A stretch of 57,252 bases of DNA from Bacteroidaceae bacterium (GTDB taxonomy: Bacteria; Bacteroidota; Bacteroidia; Bacteroidales; Bacteroidaceae), in assembly GCA_045661085.1 (NCBI GenBank), contig JAZRFA010000099.1, positions 1 through 57,252 on the forward strand, read 5' to 3'. Numbering within the stretch: the stretch's first letter is position 1; each line of letters opens with the position of its first letter. Made by a program: the position numbers and the translations under genes. Below the pieces are notes generated by a model. It was given only the letters and a program-made list of their open reading frames with translations. It did no database searches and had not been told where the DNA came from. This document shows, in pieces, positions 44,268 to 52,855 of this stretch.

Positions 44268-45280
44268 AATTTCATCTTTGTTTTACGGATATACCAGGGC
44301 AACACCTTGAAGGAGATACGTATGCAATGGGTGATGAGTGCGTGTAACAGACGCAGCCTGTAATCAGAATGGTAGTAGGAGTTTCTCTTATAGTAGGGGA
44401 CGTAGCGGAGCAGGTGGTCGTAGTAGAGCTTGCGTACGATAAGCTGATTAGGCTCGTCCTCATTGTATATGTGGGTAAGGATACTGAGCAGGTAGCCTTT
44501 CTTGATATAGATGTAGTCGAGCTCCTCCTTGTCGGCCTCGTAGAGCCCTTGGCTGCGGGCAAACTGCATGAGCAGGTCGAAGGACTTTATCTTGTCGGCA
44601 TAGCGCTTGGGGTTGCGCACCTCGGAGAGCGACTCCTTATGGACGAGATATTGGTACAAGGGCTTGTCGACACAAGCGATGCGCTTTGTCGCCAGCAGCG
44701 AGGAGGTGAGGAAATAGCTGTCCTCGGCACTGTGCGTGGAGGGGAAACGGATGCCATACTCCTCGAGCAGGGAGCGGCGATAGAGGAAGGAAACGAATAG
44801 CGTGGTGTAGTGGGTGAGGAAGAATCGGCGCTTCTCTCCACTGAACTCCCCGCTTTCGAGTACGGGATTGGCAATCAGGGTCGTCTCATCAGGTTTGACG
44901 AGCTGGGCCTGGCAGTAAGCCAGGTCGGCATCGTACTCCTTGGCGGCGCGATAGAGCTGCTCGCAGAAGTCGGGCGCTACCACATCGTCGCTGTCGATGA
45001 AGGCGATGTACTCGCCCTGAGCTGCCTCGATACCTATGTTGCGTGCTGGGCCAGGGCCCATATTGTGTGGCGTGGCAAGGAAGCGGAACTGCTTGTCGCC
45101 CGAATATGCCTTGACGCAGGCTTGTGCTATCGGCATACTGTCGTCGTTGCCATGGTCGTCGACGAGCAGCACCTCGATGTTGTCCATGGTTTGAGCGATG
45201 AGCGAGGTGATGCAAGCCTCTATGTAGGAGCCTGCATTGTATACGGGGATGATGATGGATATCTTGGGTGTATTCAGCAT
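44264..45280 (-). CDS. GT2-family glycosyltransferase
   Basis: KISIIIPVYNAGSYIEACITSL...VDDHGNDDS...FIDSDD are the GT-A DxD motifs. A 4-nt overlap links it to the downstream gene. Confidence 0.85.
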   Translation of the reverse strand: MLNTPKISIIIPVYNAGSYIEACITSLIAQTMDNIEVLLVDDHGNDDSMPIAQACVKAYSGDKQFRFLATPHNMGPGPARNIGIEAAQGEYIAFIDSDDVVAPDFCEQLYRAAKEYDADLAYCQAQLVKPDETTLIANPVLESGEFSGEKRRFFLTHYTTLFVSFLYRRSLLEEYGIRFPSTHSAEDSYFLTSSLLATKRIACVDKPLYQYLVHKESLSEVRNPKRYADKIKSFDLLMQFARSQGLYEADKEELDYIYIKKGYLLSILTHIYNEDEPNQLIVRKLYYDHLLRYVPYYKRNSYYHSDYRLRLLHALITHCIRISFKVLPWYIRKTKMKL

Positions 45281-46254
45281 ACCAGTTTGTAGATTTTGAG
45301 TCCGAGAGTCAGGTTCATAGACATCAGCATGCCGCCCAGTTGTATCCTTATATTATTGGCCTTGCACATGCAGTGGAGCAGGTGGCGATTATCGCGTAGC
45401 ATCTTCGTGAGGGTGGCTGCCTCGCCTTCGCTCACTGATCCCAACGTGCGGAGTATGGTCTTCATGGCATTGCCAATCTGGGTGTAGATGCTGCGACGGT
45501 ATACACCGGTCATCTTCTGCTCGTCGGCAAAGGCGTAGATGCTGTTCATCACGGTGAAAAGATCGATGCCATTCTTCAGTTTCAGCACGGCGGTGATGCT
45601 GCTGTCATTTCCCTTGAAGTAGTTATAAGCCACCTTGTCGTATGAGGCACAGGTGTCGGCAAGGTATACCACCTTGGGCTTGAACTCGCTGTCCTCGTGG
45701 TAGATGCCTGGATGGAACAGCAGCTGATGCGTGACCAGCAAAGCCTTGCGGTAGACCATAAAGGGTACTGCGGCATGGTAGGTGTTTCGTACAAACCAAT
45801 CCTTGCTCTTCATGACTCCCTCGATTGTGGAGTAATGCTCATCATTCGGGGTGCCATCGGTATATACATTGCGGTATTGCAACTGTAGGATATCCACGTT
45901 GGTTTGGGTAAGACGCTGAATGATCTCATGTAGACATCCCTCTTCGATCCAATCGTCGGAGTCGATAAACCATACATACTCACCTTGGGCGGCCTTGAGC
46001 CCTGCATTGCGTGCCATGCTGAGGCCTTGGTTGTGCTGGTTGATGATGGTGACATTGTTGAGGCCATTTACCATCTCCTCCACGACCTGCATGCTGCTAT
46101 CCTTGGTGCCATCGTTGACAATCACCAACTCGTAGTCGTCGGCCGCGACATGCGGCTGGGACAAGCAACTCTGCAGGCAACGCCCGATGTATTGCTCTAC
46201 GTTGTAGACGGGGATGATGAGAGATAGTTTCATTGTGCGGCATCCTTTATCCAC
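45274..46254 (-). CDS. GT2-family glycosyltransferase
   Basis: MKLSLIIPVYNVEQYIGRCLQS...VNDGTKDSS...FIDSDD. The likely true start is ATG 46233 (MKLSLII). Confidence 0.85.
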   Translation of the reverse strand: MDKGCRTMKLSLIIPVYNVEQYIGRCLQSCLSQPHVAADDYELVIVNDGTKDSSMQVVEEMVNGLNNVTIINQHNQGLSMARNAGLKAAQGEYVWFIDSDDWIEEGCLHEIIQRLTQTNVDILQLQYRNVYTDGTPNDEHYSTIEGVMKSKDWFVRNTYHAAVPFMVYRKALLVTHQLLFHPGIYHEDSEFKPKVVYLADTCASYDKVAYNYFKGNDSSITAVLKLKNGIDLFTVMNSIYAFADEQKMTGVYRRSIYTQIGNAMKTILRTLGSVSEGEAATLTKMLRDNRHLLHCMCKANNIRIQLGGMLMSMNLTLGLKIYKLVC

Positions 46255-47024
46255 TTGATATTTCCGTGGACGATAATGTTTTTAGGTAATTGCATATAGT
46301 TCCCATACTTCTTTGTCAAATAGCTATGAGTGTCGTGCGGGGCAAAGAATGTTTTGCCCTCGAACTGAATCTCCTGCAAGGGGAACAGCTCTTTGGCATA
46401 TCGTTCGTCCCTGAATACCGTACCCAAGGTGTGCCGGTAGGCGCTGTTGGGATGGAATACAGAAACATACTTTCGGAGTAGGGGAAATACGACTCGGGTT
46501 AATAATGCACGGTTGAACTCATATAGCCAACGAACTTTGTAGATCTTGTGATGGCAGAGGTTTACATATAACCTGTTGGCTATACGAAAAATCGGATAAG
46601 GAGATTTCTCGACAGGGAAGATGTCGATGAAGCATCCGTTGAATTTCATCTTGAATTCATAATCCTCTTCGATGCAGGAGTTCTTGTCGCGTACTTTGGC
46701 GTATAGGTGGGGATAGTTGCTGTCAGATTGCCTGTCGTGGAGAAAATAATTGCAGGGGAGTTCTTTCCTGAGTAGAGGTAACAGGCGGAGGTAGTCTTCG
46801 CGTAGCAACTCTATGTCGAGGTCATCATCCCATGGGATGAACCCTCCATGGCGGACGGCTCCCAATAGTGTGCCCGAACTGAGCCAATAGGGAATGTCGT
46901 GGGCGCGGCAGATCTTGTCTACAGCGCCTAATATCTCCAACATGCGCAACTGCCCCTGGCGCAATAATGAACCATCGGGGTTGTATTTTGTGGTGAGCTG
47001 TTGCTGAGTGTCTGGTGCAATCAT
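46230..47024 (-). CDS. licD: LicD-family phosphotransferase (phosphocholine/phospho-alditol transfer to glycans)
   Basis: IPYWLSSGTLLGAVRHGGFIPWDDDLDIEL is the LicD signature. I place the start at ATG 47024 (MIAPDTQQ), overlapping the upstream stop in ATGA. The track ORF extends to 47138. Confidence 0.75.
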   Translation of the reverse strand: MIAPDTQQQLTTKYNPDGSLLRQGQLRMLEILGAVDKICRAHDIPYWLSSGTLLGAVRHGGFIPWDDDLDIELLREDYLRLLPLLRKELPCNYFLHDRQSDSNYPHLYAKVRDKNSCIEEDYEFKMKFNGCFIDIFPVEKSPYPIFRIANRLYVNLCHHKIYKVRWLYEFNRALLTRVVFPLLRKYVSVFHPNSAYRHTLGTVFRDERYAKELFPLQEIQFEGKTFFAPHDTHSYLTKKYGNYMQLPKNIIVHGNIKWIKDAAQ

Positions 47025-47989
47025 AGAGCCTTCAATCTGTTTTTTAGTTTCTTCAATTCTATAATAACCTCCCGAATCCAAAGATATATCTTGCTGAACG
47101 TAGGGTTGGGGAAACGTAGCGCAAAGCATTCCCACCACATACCTTTGCTTCCGTAGGTGCGGATGTCATCCAGGACTTGCTGATGTAACGGTGTGAGTGA
47201 ACGGGTGTTTGCCGTAAGATAATGGCCAACGATAATGTGGTTAGCTTTCAATATGTTGGCAATACAATATGGCATACACTTATCGCGAAGTGTTTCGGGG
47301 ATAACGCTTCTTTTGTAGTGATAGGATTTTTCAAGATACTCTAAGGTGTAGTTAAAGGTGTTCATGATACCCTCTGCATTGTCGCTGTAGTGATATACAG
47401 TCGTGGGGGAGACTCTAATGCCTCTTTGGCAAGCAAAGGCCAAACGAAGGTTCATGATGAAGTCTTCGCCCATCACAAAGTCGCGAGGAAGGTCAAAGGT
47501 GTTGTCGCTAAACAGCTCTCTCCTGAACAACTTGGCATAAGGCGATGAAGCGATATTGCCTTTATAAATCAATTTAGCAAGTTCTAATTTGTCTATTGCA
47601 CCATCGATGTATCTTTGGGGATTGCGGTCGTAACTCCCGATGACAATGTCGTACTTGTCGCTTGTCAAAGCGTATAAATCTTGTAAGGCTGTGGGAGGAA
47701 GGGAGTCGTCAGAATCGACGAAGGTGATATACTCACTGTCGTGTGCTTGGCTTACGCCCCATTCCCGTGCACGGTTGGCGCCGCTGTTGGGAATATGGAA
47801 TACACGTACCCGGTTGTCTCTTTCGGCAAACTCATCGCATATCGCCCCCGATCTGTCGGGGCTCCCATCGTCAACCAACAACAGTTCGAAATTCTTGAAT
47901 GTCTGTGACAGGATACTGTTGACACAACAATGCAAGAACTTCTCGGCTTTGTATATGGGAACCACAACGGAGATCTTCGGCTGTTTCAT
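47021..47989 (-). CDS. GT2-family glycosyltransferase
   Basis: KISVVVPIYKAEKFLHCCVNSI...VDDGSPDRS...FVDSDD. Confidence 0.85.
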   Translation of the reverse strand: MKQPKISVVVPIYKAEKFLHCCVNSILSQTFKNFELLLVDDGSPDRSGAICDEFAERDNRVRVFHIPNSGANRAREWGVSQAHDSEYITFVDSDDSLPPTALQDLYALTSDKYDIVIGSYDRNPQRYIDGAIDKLELAKLIYKGNIASSPYAKLFRRELFSDNTFDLPRDFVMGEDFIMNLRLAFACQRGIRVSPTTVYHYSDNAEGIMNTFNYTLEYLEKSYHYKRSVIPETLRDKCMPYCIANILKANHIIVGHYLTANTRSLTPLHQQVLDDIRTYGSKGMWWECFALRFPNPTFSKIYLWIREVIIELKKLKNRLKAL

Positions 47990-48014
47990 CTACTCTGACG
48001 GTGCAATTTATTGG

Positions 48015-48175
48015 CAAAGATACGAATAAGCGAGCGAGAAATATCAAGCTTGCTTGAATATTTTTTGTAGCGAGCGCAAGTATCTTGGAGATTTGAACTC
48101 AAAGATACGAATAAGCGAGCGAGAAATATCAAGCTTGCCTCAATATTTTTTTACGGAGAGCATAGCGTGTTTGCA
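48015..48175 (-). repeat. tandem (~85-bp period) duplication of a promoter-bearing repeat: TAtcTTTG -7 boxes (minus strand) at 48022-48015 and 48107-48100
   Basis: CAAAGATACGAATAAGCGAGCGAGAAATATCAAGCTTGC(T/C)T(G/C)AATATTTTTT occurs twice. The proximal box is 26 nt upstream of the GT2 start at 47989. Confidence 0.65.
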
Positions 48176-48256
48176 TAGGTAATAACAAGATGGCAAGCAG
48201 ACTGGTCTGCTTGTCATCTTGTTTGGGTATGTTTGTAATACTTTGTCCTGGTGTAT

Positions 48257-48691
48257 TCAAATCAAAGCAAACGACAGGTTGCCGCTGCAGCAAAGTTTTC
48301 CCTCGACTTTAGCTTCGGCCTTAGCGAAGATAAGTGATTGTCGTCGCTCGGTGATGGTAGAACGCAAGATGATAGTATCGCCAGGTCGCACCTGATACTT
48401 GAATCTCACTTTGTCGATGCCTGTGTAGAGAGGGCGCTTGCTTTTGAGGTCATCGCTAAGGAGCAAGGCGCACGACTGGGCCATCATCTCGCAAAGGATA
48501 ACGCCGGGCACTACAGGATAGTCGGGGAAATGACCCTGCAAAAAGAATTCATCACCACGTACACGATATACTCCTATGGCGTAGCGAGTGACTTCACCTT
48601 TGTCATTGGTCACAGTCTCCTCCTCAAGGCTATCGACAAGTAGCATTGGCTCGCGATGAGGAAGGAAGGTCTTGATTTCTTCTTGAGTCAT
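48257..48691 (-). CDS. fabZ: 3-hydroxyacyl-ACP dehydratase, FabZ family (stand-alone)
   Basis: LPHREPMLLVD and GHFPDYPVVPGVILCEMMAQ are hotdog-fold FabZ motifs. Confidence 0.8.
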   Translation of the reverse strand: MTQEEIKTFLPHREPMLLVDSLEEETVTNDKGEVTRYAIGVYRVRGDEFFLQGHFPDYPVVPGVILCEMMAQSCALLLSDDLKSKRPLYTGIDKVRFKYQVRPGDTIILRSTITERRQSLIFAKAEAKVEGKLCCSGNLSFALI

Positions 48692-48695
48692 AGGC

Positions 48696-49937
48696 TTAAA
48701 TCTTCTTTAGTACCACGCATGCATTGTGTCCTCCGAACCCTAAGGAGTTGGACGCGGCCATGGTGAGGTTGGTCTCAACGGCTTGGTTAGGAACATAGTT
48801 GAGATCGCACTCGGGATCGGCTTCCTTGTAGTTGATGGTGGGAGGTACGATTCCGTTTTTAACTGCCAAGGCGGTTGCTATAAGTTCTACTGCACCTGCA
48901 GCTCCGAGCATATGACCAGTCATCGATTTTGTGGAGCTGATGAGTGCTTTGCGGGCATTCTCCTCACCGAGCGCCAATTTGATGGCATTGGTCTCGGTCT
49001 TGTCGTTGAGTGGTGTGCTGGTACCGTGTGCATTGATGTAGAGGGTCTCATCAGGGCTATATCCGGCCTCATCAAGTGCTATGCGGATAGCCTTGGAGGC
49101 AGGTATGCCGTCGGGGCGTGGAGCTGTGTAGTGATGGGCATCGCATGTGTTGCCATAGCCCGCAACCTCGGCATAAATGGTGGCGCCGCGCTTTATGGCG
49201 TGCTCATACTCTTCGAATACGAGAATGCCCGCACCTTCGGCCATAGTGAAGCCGCTGCGACGAGCGTCAAATGGTGTGCAGGCATCTTCCAGAGTCTCAG
49301 CGTTGGTGAGTGCTCTACTATTGGCAAAGCCTCCGATGGCTAAGGGGTGTATGGCAGCTTCGGAACCACCGGTAATGATGGCATCGGCTTGGCCGTACTT
49401 GATGGCGCGATATGCTTCACCGGCAGAGTGGGTGCCTGTAGCGCAGGCGGTCACAATGGGTAGGCAAGGGCCCTGGGCATTGTGGCGGATAGCGATGTTG
49501 CCTCCGGCGATATTGGCAATCATCGTCGGAATAAAGAGGGGCGACACTCGGCGTGCACCCTCGGTGAGGAGCTTCTCGGTCTCTCGTGCAAAGGTGCTGA
49601 TGCCACCGATGCCTGAGCCTACGTATACTCCGAAGCGCTCGGGCTCAATATTTTCCCCACTTACTAAGCCACTATCGGCGACGGCCTGATTGGCTGCAGC
49701 TATGGCATATTGGCAGAAAAGGTCCATCTTGCGCACATTGGCACGGTCAAGGCCATTGGCGATGGGATCGAATTCTTTTACTTGAGCGACGATGCGTACG
49801 GGAAGATCTATATCATCAAACCCTTGAATAAAATTCAAGCCGCTCTTGCCCTTGATGAGGCTGTTCCAAAAATCGGTGACTGTATTTCCTACAGGGCTAA
49901 TAGTGCCCAATCCTGTAATTACAACTCTTCTTTCCAT
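48696..49937 (-). CDS. fabF: beta-ketoacyl-ACP synthase II
   Basis: 413 aa with active-site motifs TACATGTHS (Cys), HGTSTPLND, TGHMLGAAG (His/His) and NSLGFGGHNA. Confidence 0.9.
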   Translation of the reverse strand: MERRVVITGLGTISPVGNTVTDFWNSLIKGKSGLNFIQGFDDIDLPVRIVAQVKEFDPIANGLDRANVRKMDLFCQYAIAAANQAVADSGLVSGENIEPERFGVYVGSGIGGISTFARETEKLLTEGARRVSPLFIPTMIANIAGGNIAIRHNAQGPCLPIVTACATGTHSAGEAYRAIKYGQADAIITGGSEAAIHPLAIGGFANSRALTNAETLEDACTPFDARRSGFTMAEGAGILVFEEYEHAIKRGATIYAEVAGYGNTCDAHHYTAPRPDGIPASKAIRIALDEAGYSPDETLYINAHGTSTPLNDKTETNAIKLALGEENARKALISSTKSMTGHMLGAAGAVELIATALAVKNGIVPPTINYKEADPECDLNYVPNQAVETNLTMAASNSLGFGGHNACVVLKKI

Positions 49938-49983
49938 CTCAAATAATGTTTTTTGCTATTAACAAAATTGGTAAACAATTGTG

Positions 49984-50045
49984 CAAAGATACACACAGAC
50001 GAGCGAGAGACTTGTTTCAATATTTTCCGCAGCGAGTGTAGTGTA
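49984..50045 (-). promoter_or_regulatory. repeat-borne promoter box TAtcTTTG (minus strand, 49991-49984) upstream of fabF
   Basis: GTGCAAAGATACACACAGACGAGCGAGAGACTTGTTTCAATATTTTCCGCAGCGAGTG belongs to the same repeat family as 48015-48175. Confidence 0.5.
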
Positions 50046-50070
50046 TGTTCGCAGTTTGCTGCAAAGGTAA

Positions 50071-50262
50071 TTATTTATTCCATTCGATGATGCAAGCACC
50101 CGAGGTAAATCCTGCACCAAAAGCACTAAATGCGAGCAAATCGCCCTTTTTCATCCTTCCATTACGGTTCAGTTCGTCGAGTAGCATAGGGATACTAGCT
50201 GAAGAGGTGTTCCCATATTTATCTACATTCATAGCAGTTTTCGTGTTGCCATCGTCAAAAGA
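50071..50262 (-). pseudogene. fabH: 3' remnant (~60 codons) of a fabH (KAS III) gene
   Basis: NVDKYGNTSSASIPMLLDELNRNGRMKKGDLLAFSAFGAGFTSGACIIEWN is the FabH C-terminus. No FabH-like sequence appears in any frame upstream of ~50265. Confidence 0.7.
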
Positions 50263-50414
50263 GTGATGGCACTCTCCGATTCTACAATGCCTCGACAATG
50301 TGTATCGAAAGGCAATCGAATGTATGTCAATGTGGGTAAAGAAAGATGTCAAAAGGACAAAAACACAAAGTAGAGGTAGGGGGAAAAGTCTTATAGGGAA
50401 AAAAAGAGCCGATG

Positions 50415-50447
50415 ATTGCTCTAAATATCGATAAAATCGTATCTTTG
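50415..50447 (+). promoter_or_regulatory. candidate promoter (a)TTG-N21-TAtcTTTG for the LytTR gene
   Basis: TATCTTTG at 50440-50447. ATG 50552 follows. Confidence 0.45.
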
Positions 50448-50551
50448 CATCGAAAAAGACGAAAAAAATGACGATGACAATATCCTAAACCGACTATTCT
50501 GAATGAAAACACTGTGTCTGTATTGATGTCATCGAATCATAAGAAAAAATT

Positions 50552-51439
50552 ATGGATTTAAAAAAGAAAGCGCCTCGTTTCCTTCTTGAAAGCAGAACTC
50601 TTGCAGGTTCTGTTATCGCCATTGTGCTCTTCTCCATCATATTTATGCTAATATACGGCCCTTATTCTTCAACCTCTTGGCTCACATTGTTGGCCGATCA
50701 ATCTCAGGGAGTAGGGCTGATGAGCGAGTTCCATACGGTAATGGCCTCTGTGGTATTTTATCTCGTGGCTATTGCTTTCCTCATTTTGAGTAAGGTGATA
50801 CTTTATCATACGGGGCATAAGTTCCAGCTATATAATGTACACTTGGTTTCTTGGATTGGTGGCGAAGTGGTGTTGATATCGTTTGTCTATACCGTATTTA
50901 CCGCCTTGTTCAACCTTGCTGACAAAGATTTATTCCTACCCATTTGGGGACGCTCGGTATTAGTGCTTTCGTTTATCATCGTTGTGCCTTATATCATATG
51001 CCTTCAGAACGCTACCAACCGGCACCAACGGAAGTTGCTAGATCGCTTAGGGATGAATGTCATAAACGATAAGGCTGATGATTCTGACTCGAAGCTTATC
51101 CATCTTGTTGATGGTACTGGACGTCTTAGGATGAGTATCAGCATTGATAGTCTCTACTATGTGGAGTCGCAAGATAACTATGTGAAAATCTATTACGATT
51201 CTGACGGCAAACTTTGCAACTATATGTTGCGTAGTACGACCAAGGCCATCGAGACTAAGTTTGGTGATTGGCTCGTTCGTTGCCACCGCGGCTATCTTGT
51301 CAACAAGAACAAAATACGTATCTTCCGCAACGACCGCGACGGTATGTATATCCGTCTCATGCATGACAATATCCGACAGATTCCTGTGTCGAAGTCGTAT
51401 GCCTCGAATATACAGCGAGTAATATCACGTGGCGAGTGA
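50552..51439 (+). CDS. membrane-anchored LytTR-domain DNA-binding protein
   Basis: 295 aa with four predicted TM helices in the first ~150 aa. A C-terminal LytTR fold follows (IDSLYYVESQDNYVKIYY...LRSTTKAIETKF...FVRCHRGYLVNKNKI). Confidence 0.75.
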   Translation: MDLKKKAPRFLLESRTLAGSVIAIVLFSIIFMLIYGPYSSTSWLTLLADQSQGVGLMSEFHTVMASVVFYLVAIAFLILSKVILYHTGHKFQLYNVHLVSWIGGEVVLISFVYTVFTALFNLADKDLFLPIWGRSVLVLSFIIVVPYIICLQNATNRHQRKLLDRLGMNVINDKADDSDSKLIHLVDGTGRLRMSISIDSLYYVESQDNYVKIYYDSDGKLCNYMLRSTTKAIETKFGDWLVRCHRGYLVNKNKIRIFRNDRDGMYIRLMHDNIRQIPVSKSYASNIQRVISRGE

Positions 51440-51588
51440 AGAGGTGGTGAGAACGCTCACCAAATAAGCCTATAAATCCCTAAAAAACGCGAAAAAGCGT
51501 AAGTCGGCATGAGAATGTCGAATAAAAATCCTATATTTGCACTTATCATAGGATCGCACCCGTGTGTGCTCCACATAAAGTCTAAATC

Positions 51589-52677
51589 ATGGAAATGAAA
51601 CAGAATAATTATTGTGTCATTATGGCTGGCGGTATCGGAAGTCGTTTCTGGCCTCAAAGTCGAGTTCATCGTCCTAAACAGTTTGTCGATTTCTTTGGTA
51701 TGGGGAAATCGCTTCTGCAGCAGACCTACGATCGCTTTGCACGTATCATACCGAAAGAGAATATCATCATTTCAACCCACTCGGACTACTCGGAACTCGT
51801 GCGCGAGCAACTCCCAGAATTACCTCTGGAGCAGATTTTGCACGAACCTGCCCACAAGGGAACGGCTCCGAGTATGGCTTTTGCTGCTTATCACATACGT
51901 ACGCTCAATCCTGAAGCCAATATCGTGATGGCTCCCTCGGATCAAGTGATATTGGATGAGGAGGCATTTGCGAATGATATGTATAACGCACTCGCCCATG
52001 TGGCAGGGCATGATTGCCTGCTGACGGTAGGCATCAGTCCCACTCATCCCGAGACTCGATATGGATATATACAGGCTGGGGGAGAGGCTGTAGACGGGTT
52101 CAGTAAGGTAAAGACCTTTACTGAGAAACCGGAGTATGAGTTTGCTCGCGTATTCGTTGAGAGTGGCGAGTTCTTCTGGAATACCGGTCTGTTTGTGTGG
52201 AATGTAAATGCCATTATCGACACAATGAATAGACAGCTTCCCGAGATGAGTGCCCGATTGGATGCTATCTTCAAGGAGGAACCTAATCGCGACAAGCGTC
52301 GTGCTGCACTATATGAGTGCTACGAATCGTTCCCTAATATCTCGGTGGATTATGCTGTTATCGAGCGTGCTACGAACGTATATATGCAGGTAGGTACCTT
52401 TGGCTGGGCTGATATGGGACGCTGGGACGATGTGTACCGCTATTCAAGTAAGGATGCCGAAGGTAATGTGACACACGGAGGTAAGGTGGAGTACTACAAT
52501 AGCCGTAACAATTTGGTTTCGGCCGCTTCAAACAAGGTGGTTATTCTACAGGACCTTGAGGGATACCTGATTAACGATTCAGAAGATGTGCTAGTCATCT
52601 GCAAAAAAGATGAGGATGACGACTTCAAGAAGTTCCGCACCAATGTGATGCTCAAGCATGGAGAAAAATACATGTAG
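51589..52677 (+). CDS. manC: mannose-1-phosphate guanylyltransferase
   Basis: IMAGGIGSRFWPQS nucleotidyltransferase loop. The 362-aa short form lacks the isomerase cupin domain, as in Bacteroidales. Confidence 0.8.
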   Translation: MEMKQNNYCVIMAGGIGSRFWPQSRVHRPKQFVDFFGMGKSLLQQTYDRFARIIPKENIIISTHSDYSELVREQLPELPLEQILHEPAHKGTAPSMAFAAYHIRTLNPEANIVMAPSDQVILDEEAFANDMYNALAHVAGHDCLLTVGISPTHPETRYGYIQAGGEAVDGFSKVKTFTEKPEYEFARVFVESGEFFWNTGLFVWNVNAIIDTMNRQLPEMSARLDAIFKEEPNRDKRRAALYECYESFPNISVDYAVIERATNVYMQVGTFGWADMGRWDDVYRYSSKDAEGNVTHGGKVEYYNSRNNLVSAASNKVVILQDLEGYLINDSEDVLVICKKDEDDDFKKFRTNVMLKHGEKYM

Positions 52678-52682
52678 GGGAT

Positions 52683-52713
52683 TTTGTTAATTCAAAAAAG
52701 TTACCTACCTTTG
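52683..52713 (+). promoter_or_regulatory. canonical Bacteroidetes promoter TTTG-N19-TAccTTTG in the manC-greA spacer
   Basis: TTTG at 52683-52686 and TACCTTTG at 52706-52713. Confidence 0.55.
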
Positions 52714-52737
52714 CAAACACATAGATGGCCTGAAGGG

Positions 52738-52769
52738 TTCCGACATGCACAGTGTCGGGATTCTTTTTT
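52738..52769 (+). terminator. intrinsic terminator ~25-55 nt downstream of that promoter and 87 nt upstream of greA
   Basis: TTCCGACA-tgcacag-TGTCGGGA forms 8 bp including one G-U, followed by TTCTTTTTT. Confidence 0.7.
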
Positions 52770-52855
52770 GTTTAGCTTAAACGAAAAGGAAACTTTTGTG
52801 TTAATGATAGGATAAATAACAATAAATAAATTAAATAAAATAAAGGAATAATACT

